NCBI GenBank assembly: GCA_951406725.2
Contig: OX597827.1
Coordinates: 2,294,001-2,358,000 of the forward strand
Source of the DNA: Octopus vulgaris
Taxonomy: Eukaryota
Length of the DNA stretch: 64,000 bases
Direction of reading: 5' to 3'
In this document: piece after piece, positions 53,162-64,000 of the stretch
Numbering within the stretch: the first letter of the stretch is position 1
Layout of the letters: every line of letters begins with the position of its first letter
Translations under genes and position numbers: made by a program
The notes under the pieces: model-generated
What the model saw: the letters and a program-made list of their open reading frames with translations, nothing else
Told to the model about the DNA's origin: nothing
Databases searched by the model: none

Positions 53162-53880
53162 TTATTTTGCCATAGGTTGTGATGTGTGTGGTGTGTGTGT
53201 GCTAGTGTTCCATTCTTGTTTTCTATTTAAGCTAGGTTTATCTTCTATTATTTGTGTAGCTTCCATAATTTGTCTAAGCGTTGCGTCTGTTCTATTTGTG
53301 GACAAGATTTTAACGTCCATGTTGCTGAGTGAGCTCCGGTATAGAACCGATGAGCTCTTCTCTTCTTTAAGTTCCCTCCAATGCTCATTTACCCGCTCTC
53401 CTATGCTCCGTGCTGTCTCCCCTACGTACGTCGTTGTCTTGTTTTTGCACCGTCCCTCTGTACATCTTATACTATAGACAACATTCCTAGATTTACAGTT
53501 TGTTTGTGGGCTAAATCCACCTACAATACAGTACTTATCAATACACAGGGTTCTACTAAAAGGGTAGGTTCTACGGATTTTATAGGGTAACCTGGCATTT
53601 GTACAACCTTAATTATTAGCTTAAGTTTGTATAGGGCCCCTCTCAAGCGGTAGTTCGCCTCTAGGGTTGGTGTCGACGAACATGACACTCTGGTATTTGT
53701 GGCTATCATACCATGATTTGGCCTTCCCTATTTTCTTCTTTGTTTTTACCATGGTTTTCCATGACTTGCTCCTATAGAGTGGGCAAATCCCATTCCTATC
53801 ATTACGTATGATAGTTTCAAACTTCCTCGTGGCTCCTTTATAGACTCTGATCCTTTCTCTATGGCTGTTCTGGTCAGTAA
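53162..53880 (-). mobile_element. Penelope-like retroelement 3' fragment: linker, Cys-rich knuckle and GIY-YIG endonuclease (frameshifted pseudogene)
   Basis: Manual minus-strand translation of the open frame 53608->53162 (no early start codon, so absent from the ORF track) gives RTYPFSRTLCIDKYCIVGGFSPQTNCKSRNVVYSIRCTEGRCKNKTTTYVGETARSIGERVNEHW...LRQIMEATQIIEDKPSLNRKQEW, with VVY at 53474-53482 and YVG at 53420-53428. Upstream frames give KVVQMPGYPIKS and GICPLYRSKSW...KSWY...YQSVMFVDTNPRGEL, a PLE-type linker. Two frameshifts, near 53575 and 53650. Confidence 0.92.
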
Positions 53881-53894
53881 GCAACTAACAAACA

Positions 53895-54207
53895 CACGCA
53901 TGCGTAAGCAAGCTACTTGCCACACAGCCACTGCTGCGCCTTTCACTGGAGCAACGTGAAATGAAGTGTTTTGCTCAAGAACACAGCGCGTTGTCCGGTC
54001 TGGGAATCGAAACCACAATCCTACGGTCATGAGTCCAACACCTAGTTATGTCCTTGAGCAAAAAATAAAAAAAAACACTTCATTTCACGTTGCTCCAACC
54101 GACTCAGCTTGCAAAAAGGAGTAACGCTGCGACGGACCGGCGTCGCGCCCACGTGCGGAATATATATGGCTCTGAAATCGGGAAACCAGCCCACATGAGG
54201 CTTGACA
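53895..54207. mobile_element. SINE pile at the PLE truncation point: B head (-), D head+core (-), D core+V-like tail (+)
   Basis: Segments 53895-53940, 53941-54043 and 54044-54207. Confidence 0.8.
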
Positions 54208-54358
54208 TGTATACACACACACACACACACACTCACACATATATATCTTTAGTACATACGTATACATGCACACACGCATGCATATGTATGTACGTATTTA
54301 TGCATGAATGTATGTGGATGTATTTGTGTATGTATGTATATCTCTCCGTCTGTCTGTC

Positions 54359-54389
<31 letters not shown>

Positions 54390-54893
54390 ATCTCTTTCTC
54401 CTTTTATCTCGCTCCGTCTAAATGCGGTCCCTATTTAGTGAGATAACACAAAGGGAGGAAACAGAAACGTTTGGTATAAATGAGATTTGGCATTACCTAT
54501 TATTTCTAGCATGCTACAATCCCAAATAAAGACAACCTCGTTAGATTATCTCCCTTACCTAACTGTCGACTATAACCAGCATTTTACATTCAATCTGAAC
54601 GAAACTACATTGATTTTTTTCGCCCATCTCAAGGGAACTGTGATGGACATGGACCCCACCGTGTCTCCCACCTAAGGCATAATTAAGAGCATTTTCTCTA
54701 TCTGTCTACCAAGTCCACCATCCGATTCCGTAATGAAATAGCGAAGCGTCTGGTAGATTTCCATGGAGTTTCATCAATATTTGATGAGGGATATCATATT
54801 GCCAGACACCGTTCACACCTACGTTGTGGCTTGCATTTGCTTTTGTATTATTAAATACTTACTCTGATGCATAGATTTATGTATGGAGATACA

Positions 54894-54958
<65 letters not shown>

Positions 54959-55437
54959 ATATATATATGTATATGTATGCAGGTATATGGCTGATGGTAG
55001 TTTCATGTAAGTATGAATATATGCATACATACATGTATGTGTGTGTGCAGATATATGGCTGTATATATTTGTCCATACATGTATGTATGAAAATATGTAT
55101 ATGTATGTGTGTGTGTGTGCGCGTGCGCAGATATATGTCAGTGTGAATGAATGTTCATATACGCATGCGTGCGCGTTTGTGTTTATGCGTGTATGTGCAC
55201 AAGTATGTGTATATACATGTGAGTATATAAATAAGATATATAATTGTGTTTATATAAGTATATTTATTTGGGTACATACATACATGTGTATATATATATG
55301 TATCCTTGTGTACTTCTATATGCATGTGTATGTATTCATATATGTATGTGTACGATTTATTTCTGCAAGTATGCATACTCACTTACGCACACTCATTCAC
55401 ACACACACACACATTTTACGTGTGTGTGTGTATGTTA

Positions 55438-55479
<42 letters not shown>

Positions 55480-55538
55480 ATCTGTGTGCATGTCTTTACG
55501 TATGCATTTTTGTACACGCAAGCGCGTGCGCTCGCTCA

Positions 55539-55598
<60 letters not shown>

Positions 55599-56216
55599 TA
55601 CACATGCATACCATATATACACACCCGCGCGTGCACATAAAGGATACACACATGCACGCAGTTTCCGGTTCCTAATTTCCCCTCAGAACATATTCGACAA
55701 TCGACTCAGCAACGAAATCCCATTTGCCCTTAATGTCCCGTACTGCTACAGAACCCAATTCCCTATGGTTGCGAAACAATTTTCTTTACCGCGCAGCCAT
55801 GCTTACGAGCATATCCGTTTGCGTGCATCTGTAACTTTCTATATGTATTTGTGTGTGTGCACGTGTGCCTGTGTGTGTGTGTGTCTGCGTGTGTGCACAT
55901 GCTAATGTGTAGATGTGTGTGTACGACTGTCCGTGTATGCAGAGTATGCGCGCGTGAACCAGTGAAAACTTGTACCTAGGAAGACTGGTTTGGCTGTCAA
56001 CCAACTGGTCTTGTGTATAATTTAGTAAGGGAAACGGATCGGACGGAGCCTTGCGGCAGAAACACGCTTTCTGCAGAAATCGGAGACATGCAGACTTCAT
56101 TCATTAACAGCCTATTATGTATATATATGTACATATATATATACATACTTATATATATATATCTGTATATACATGCATATATACACACGTATACATGCAT
56201 ATACACACATATATTC

Positions 56217-56255
<39 letters not shown>

Positions 56256-56293
56256 TACACATATATGTATGTTTGTGTATATATATGTATGTT

Positions 56294-56332
<39 letters not shown>

Positions 56333-57116
56333 GTACATACATGCATCAGTATGTATGCACCTATTTACACACACTCACATATATATATATATACATACAA
56401 ACATACATACAAATATATATACATATACGCATATATATATGTGGTGTGTGTGCACATGTAGTGTGTATATGTATGTGTGTGTATCTGTGTGTGCGTGTAT
56501 GTGTGCGTGTATGTGTGTGTATGCGTGTGTGTCGATGATGATGATGATGCAAGTGGACAATGTTGTTAAAGTAATAAGATCGCTAACGAAAGGTAAGTGT
56601 GATAATTAGAATGAGCCGCCTCAAGTTGTTTGGCGACATTTTACAAAAACACTCTTGGAATCGCTAATCTTACAATTAGTACTCTGTACCTCACCTTCCA
56701 CCAGCCATCCACAAATACACACACACACACACACACATACACACACTCCCACACATACACAGGGAGACATACGCACAAAAACAGATACGTACGTGTATGC
56801 GCATGAGCACCCACAGCTGACACACGCATATATATACACATATGCATATATTTATATGTACATACACACACACATACATATACACACCACATACACACTA
56901 CATGTGCACACTACATGTGCACACACACCACATAGATATATGCGTATATGTATATATATTTGTATGTATATATATATATATATATATACACACACTCATA
57001 TACACATAGACACATAGATACGCGCACACACAAACACACACACACACACACACATAGATACACATATACGTACATGTACTTGTAGTGAAAACAATTATGT
57101 GTATGTACGTGTGTGT

Positions 57117-57159
<43 letters not shown>

Positions 57160-57753
57160 TGTTTGAATAATATGAAGCAATAATTGTTGTCTTTAGATAT
57201 ACTAGTTTAACTACCCAGAAAAACATAAGTTTTTTTTTTGGGGGGGGGGAGGCGTATATATTTTGTATTCAAATTCTAATTTGAACCAAAACTCATTGCA
57301 TAGAATTCTAGAATATACAAAAGAGAAGAAAGAGAATAAAATCCGAAAAACAAGTCGAAGAAAATCGAAACTTATTACATTATAGTACTTGTGATGTCAT
57401 AAGTAGCATAAAACGTACTGTTACCATTATGGAAGCAAGTGGGTTTGTTAGAAATGTACTTTAAGAACATTCACTCACCCAAGTGATACAAAAAAAAATA
57501 CCAGACAAACATACACACACATACAAAGCACATTCATGTGCGTGCGTGTAGGTGTGTGTTTGAGTATGTGTGCGCGTGTGTGTATGTATATATATATATA
57601 TAGATAGAGAGAGAGAGAAAGAGAAACAGAGATGGAGACAGGGAGATTGAGAGACAGAGAGATAGAGAGGGTGATTTCAAACTTTGGCACAAGGCTATCA
57701 ATTTCAGGTGAGGGATAAGTCAATAAGATCGACTGCAGTGAGTGTGTGTTTGT

Positions 57754-58040
57754 GTGAAAATAAGGATGAACACAGTTTCATATTAAAGTCCCTACGCGCA
57801 TTTCACCATTATGGTCGTTTAGAACCCTGCGATAGATGTTATTGTATCAAGTTAGAAAAAAGTATGTCCCGTGACATAAATACCTGTAACTTGATGCGAT
57901 GAAGTATTTCTTGTAGACCTGTGGCGGTTGGGCGGCAGCTCTAACCATTTTTGAACATCTATCGCATAGCTGCAAATAGCTGCAGTGTTGAAAGGCGTGT
58001 TGGAACATTAAGGAGAGAATGCGTTCATCCTTATTTTACC
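57754..58040. mobile_element. Degenerate MITE with ~55-bp TIRs
   Basis: AAAATAAGGATGAACACA...GCATTTCACCA versus TGTTGAAAGGCG...TGCGTTCATCCTTATTTTACC. Confidence 0.6.
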
Positions 58041-58080
58041 AACGTTTGCTCTGTAGGTCATAACAAGTAATACCACAAGG

Positions 58081-58541
58081 TATGATCGGCTCTAGCTCGT
58101 ATTCGATCATTGGGTTCGTCAGTTTCCATTCACTCTCCTCGGCTGATGTTTGTGTCGAAAGTGACTTTGGAGTCCAAGTCGGTGGTGAAAGTGTCATGGG
58201 CAGAACTCGCACGGGATGGTCAGAGCAGGTCGAGGATGTTGAAGACTCTCCTTTCTTCTCCTGCTTTTTCCCTCCTCATTCTGTTGTCCGTTCTGCTCGA
58301 AGGAGCTGGCCCATTTGCGGATGTCCTATCCATGGCAATCTGTTCCCATGGGGATGGCTGGATGTTAGCTAGAGCCAAGGTCCATTTGAGCTGGTCTTTC
58401 AAACGGAATTTCGAACCTCCTCTGGGTCTTGTTCCGATTGCAAGTTCTCTGTAGAGCATGATCCTTAGGAGACAAGAGGGCTCCATATGCTGGACGTGAC
58501 CCGCCCAGCGGAGGCGACGGTGTACACTCAGTATAGAAGTT
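58081..58541 (-). mobile_element. RTE-clade LINE 3' end (decayed ORF)
   Basis: VHRRLRWAGHVQHMEPSCLLRIMLYRELAIGTRPRGGSKFRLKDQLK...WEQIAMDR, then a frameshifted C-terminal finger CEFCP*HFHHRLGLQSHFRHKH. Confidence 0.9.
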
Positions 58542-59704
58542 ACTTAACGACTATAGAGGAAGCTGAGTGGATTATGGAAATCTACGTGGAGCTCTGAATA
58601 TATAACAACAGCAGTCATTCAATTACTTGTGTGCACACAATGTCTACATTATATGTGTGTGTGAGTGTGTGAAGATGTATGTGTGAAGATGTGTGTGTGT
58701 GCGTGTTTGTGTGTGTATGTGTGCGTGTGTGCGGATATGTATGCGTGTGCGTGTATGTGTGTGGGTGTTTGTGTGGATGTGTTTGTGCGTGTGTGCGTGT
58801 GTATGTATATGTGGATGTGTGTTTGTATCGATGTGTATATGTGCATGCCTGTGTGTGTGTGGAAGTGTGTCTGTGCATGTAGATGTGCGTGTGTGCGGAT
58901 GTGTGTGCGTGCGTGTATGTGTGTAGATGTGTATGTATGGATGTGGACGTGTACGTGTGTGTGTGTATGTGTGTGTGTGAGTGTGTTGTGTGTGTGTGGG
59001 TGAGTGTGATTATGTCAATCCAATACTAATAACCGACAATATATCAACCACAGTTATGTGGCCTTCTTCAAATGATGCAAATAAATACTTAATATTTCAT
59101 TTTGTTTTATCCTTTACCTCAACACCAAAATATTATTTAATATATTTTCCTTTCATTTATGTTTCTTTTTCTCTTAATCTTTTCGTTCTTTTCTTTGTCT
59201 TATTATTTCAGAGAACGCGCTACTGTTTGCCTTCTATTTTTTCCTTCCTTTTTTTTCTTTTCTTAGTTTCTTTCTCAGATTCTCTCATTTTTCAGCTCCA
59301 CCCAACCTTACAACATATTTCGTAAATTAAGCGCCAAGTTGTGGTACTAATTTTCCTCTAACTACACCTAGATTAATTCGGCAAATTCTGCAGGCAATCA
59401 AATAAGACGAGAAATAAAAGCAACAACAAACGAGAACAATAACAAGAACAACAGCAAAAACACCAACACTACCACCGCCAACAACAACAACAACAAAAAC
59501 AACAACAACAACGTCAACAGCCACAAGAACAAAAATCAATAGCAATAGTCTTCTATGTAATAAAGCTTTCGCTTCTTGCAGTGATGGAAGGAGATTCCAA
59601 GTTGCTCCAGTGTGCTGAAAGAGGTGTGACCGTATTCGATCAATTACTTCGTTTTCAATATTATTATTTTTTGAAGAAAATAATTAAACAAAAGATTCAT
59701 TATT

Positions 59705-59927
59705 ATTGGTTTCAGATTTTTGGTATAAGTCCAGGAATTTGCGGGGGAGGAAGTGGGGGGTAAGTCGATTACATCGATTCCAATGTTCAATTGGAACTTA
59801 TTTTATCGACTCCCAAAAGGATGACAGGCAAAGTCGTACACAGCAAAATTTGAACTCAGAACGTAAAGATGGACGAAATGTTGCTAAGCATTTTTACCGA
59901 CTCGCTAACGATTCTGCCAGCTCACCT
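59705..59927 (-). mobile_element. Family A SINE
   Basis: GTCGATTACATCGA...GAACTCAGAACGTAAAG...GCTAACGATTCTGCCAGCTC. Confidence 0.85.
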
Positions 59928-59931
59928 TACG

Positions 59932-60047
<116 letters not shown>

Positions 60048-60163
60048 AAGAAGAAGAAGAAGAAGAAGAAGAAGGAACGAACGAACGTACGAATTTCTGA
60101 CATCACATCAAACAGTTTGGTATGAATTACAATAAGAATAACACAGACGCAGACACACACACA

Positions 60164-60222
<59 letters not shown>

Positions 60223-60639
60223 CAACATACACGTTCTTCCAAGCAAAAACTATGCAGAGCATTTGAATTGGGAAACAAAGTTGGCTTTTCCGGCCTTCCG
60301 TTTTTTTCTGGAGCTACTTCAAACAGATGAGCCCTAGATTCCTATTCTCTGGCGGTAAAAAAAGTCTGCTTGATAGAGTTGAGTTACAAACAGCAGTGCA
60401 TCCATAACTCAGTTCCTTATAGAACAACAGATGCTGAAAGAGTAACGGCAAGTAATATTTGTCGGTACTAATCAATAAATTCAGTACCAGTGATATGCTA
60501 AAGTACATACCCATCCCTATCTCTCACTCTCTCGCTTTCTCTTTTAATACATTGGCGCGTTACGTTTCAAGAAACTCCATACTTTAGTTGTCGTATTCCC
60601 CATCAACCACTAAATCATATGAAGAATACCATGCTGCAG

Positions 60640-60800
60640 AACTCATTCAAAGTGTTCGTTGCTCCAGAAAGAGAGAAGAAGAGTTGAACGAGAATCTAGC
60701 AACTTCTCTTTCAATCACATCATCCACTACTGGAACCGCCCAGAGACACGTCGATGCGCTCTACAACAAGAAAAAGGAATTCAGAAGACGCGCACTTATG
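60640..60800 (+). mobile_element. Possible CR1-like LINE C-terminal remnant
   Basis: LLQKERRRVERESSNFSFNHIIHYWNRP resembles ..R.NFF.NR.I..WN.LP; short and decayed. Confidence 0.35.
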
Positions 60801-60834
60801 TATTGCCAAAGTTCTTGAAGTTCAACAGGTGTTA

Positions 60835-61237
<403 letters not shown>

Positions 61238-63915
61238 CAAGTCAATTGAATTTGAAAACGAGACTTGTTCATATCGTTACAAATTTTGATCGTGTATGTT
61301 GGTAAGTGGAACTTCATTTGAGGTTGTTGTTATTGTTGCTGTTGTTTAAGTTGTATGTTGTGTTCTTGGGCAAAACACTTTTATTTCACGTCGCTTCAGT
61401 TCATGGAGCTGTAGAAACTAGTTGCGACGCCATTGGTGCTAAATCGTATCAACCTCTGCTGTGTCTTTGGCTAACATCAGTGGAAAAGGAAGACTTCTAT
61501 GCGTGGGAAACCGCTGGTCTTCCACAAGCAGCCTGTTCATGCCTTGGAGAGGAACTTTCTAGATGCAATTCCATGGTCAATCCCGGCTGAAAGAAGTCTT
61601 TACACTTTTACTCTTTATATATGAACAGACAATTTCTTACATTCAGGAGAGGGATTGTTTCTGAGAAAACAAGATTTCTTTTATTTTTCTTAGAAAAACA
61701 AAAAGAAGCTTATATTTTATGAATTCAAATCCACTGAGGCCATGATGTTATGCCTATAGGTAAAGGTGTGCTTTAACGTCGTAAAGCAGACGGAACCATC
61801 GGATGAAAATAGCCCACCTGTATATATTAGAAACTCGACAAACCAATGTAGGAGTGTCTATGTTGTCAACCAATTAAGCGGAAATAGCAGTCAAATGATA
61901 CATTACTGTCTTAGGAAAAGGAAGGATACACTGTGTAACTTACTCCTTGCTACGTTTCTATTTTGGTGGATAAAAGACGAGACAGTCACTTCTCTAATAT
62001 ATACAACGTCTAAAAATGCAGAGGGGATGGTCATGAGTGGAACGCTTTTGGTTATAAGATTGCTGGATCACAGAAGTGCTGTGTTAACATGGAAATAAAC
62101 AACAACAAACATGTATATAAAATATCCCATCTTCTACAGTTAAGTAATAAAAACAAAACTTACAACAAAACATTCCCCTCTTCCCCCATACATTATAATG
62201 ATAATCCGCGTAATTACTACCACAGCAGCCACCACAAATACAAACACCGCTAATGCCATTACCGCAAACACCATCATCGCCACAATCATAACTACATTCA
62301 TCACCACCACCACCACCACCAACAACAACAACATCCCGATAAGAACAACAGCTAAAACAAGCATCACTACCACCATCACTACCATCGCCTCTACCACGAG
62401 AAAAAACGATAACGAGAACAAATTTCAAATCCTTTCCTCTAATCTTAAACAAAACAAGCGCTAGATGATGATGATGATGACGACAATGATGATGATGATG
62501 ATGAAGGAGAAGAGGAGGAGAGAGGGAGGAGGAGAGGAGGGAGAAGAAGAAGAAGAAGAAGAAGAAGAAGAAGAAGAAGAAGAAGAAGAAGAAGAAGAAG
62601 AAGAAGAAGAAGAAGAAGAAGAAGGAAGAAGAAGAAGAAGAAGAGAGAGAGAGGATGGAGGTGCAAAGTAACCAAAACCTAAACAAATAGAAAATATATT
62701 CTCAGAAAAAAAAATAAACGAAACCGATAAATAAAAAATAGAAACAAAGAAAATAAAGCAATAATGTAACAAATAAACAAATAAATTACAAAAAAAAAAA
62801 ACGAAACCGAAAACGGAACGGAACGAAAAATCGACTCCCACTACCACCTACCCACCCCACCCCATCTGTCCCATGTCTTCACATCCTCTGTTCTAACCCG
62901 TACCCTCATCCACCACTCATACACCAATTCTTTCTCCTTTCGTCCTTTGTCACAACAAATGAACTCATCAGATTGTCGAAGAAATGGAATAAAATAGACA
63001 GTTTTATCATGAAAATATAATTAGGGTCTTGTTGAAAATTGAGAGTTAATTCATGAGAATAGAGGGCTACAGAAAGGAAAACACACACAAATTTTGTATA
63101 GATTTCACCTCCAACGGCCGACCAAAAGCATTTTTTCCCCTTTCTTCCTTTATTTATTTATTTATTTATCTATTTATTTATTTATTTATTTTCACTTCTT
63201 GCCAACCTCTATTTTATTTATCGCCAATAATAAAACAGAGAAAATTGCAGAGAGAAAGCCAAAATAACAAACAAACAAACACACAAAAAAAACGTTAACA
63301 AGAAGGAATAAACGAATATAAAGAGGAAGAGATACAAGAAGAATAGGAAGAATGAGAAGTGAGAGAGAGAGAGAGCGAATAAAATATAAAGAGGGAAAAT
63401 GCAGGAAGAAAAAGAAAGTGGGTGTTGTTGCATGCACGAGGGAATGTAAGACGGTTCTTTAAAGAAATTCTAATGGCATGTCGTTAAAAATCTTCCCCCC
63501 AGGCTAAACTGGTCATCATTAGCATGTTATGGAAGGGAGTCAACTAAACGAGGATCGTTTCTATGTATGTGTTGTGTACGTGGGTAGGGGAGGTCAGAGT
63601 GTGAGGAAGGCGGTATTTAGATATGTGTGTGTATGTGCTTGTGTGTGTATGTGTGTGTGTGCTTGTGTGTAATATGTGTGCATGCATGAATGTATGCATT
63701 TAGGTATGTACGTATGAATGTGTACCTGTATGTCCCCCATCCCTCTCTCTCTCTATATATATATATATATGTGTGTATATATATGTATGTATGTATATAT
63801 ATATATGCGTATATATATATACATATATAGAAGAGAGTGTGTGTGTGTATATATACATACACATATACATGCACTTGTATAAGCGTATAAAGAAGTACAT
63901 ATAAATGCATCTATA

Positions 63916-63966
<51 letters not shown>

Positions 63967-64000
63967 TTCTCTTTCTATATATATATAGAGAGAGAGATAG

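Overview
This is eukaryotic, AT-rich, microsatellite-saturated non-coding DNA. The repeat families and the density of (TA)n/(TG)n/(TATG)n/(GATA)n/(AAT)n arrays point to an octopus (coleoid cephalopod) intron or intergenic region; this is inferred from recalled repeat families, not from a database search. No intact host gene, rRNA, true tRNA or CRISPR array is supported, and nearly all ORFs in the supplied track are translations of simple repeats. The window holds dozens of copies of at least four tRNA-derived SINE families (my labels A-D), several MITEs (one carrying (CCCTAA)4), and decayed LINE ends (RTE, CR1-like, R4/Dong-like). It also holds a Tc1/mariner remnant and a Penelope-like element (PLE) 3' fragment whose GIY-YIG endonuclease frame is missing from the ORF track. 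The most notable signal is a set of minimal type I hammerhead ribozyme (HHR) motifs on several different carriers. One lies downstream of the PLE ORF, one is inside a tRNA-headed SINE-like element, and two are in small elements next to (TA)n tracts. A further pair, with a compensatory U3-A8 core, faces in opposite directions in a 99-bp-arm foldback.
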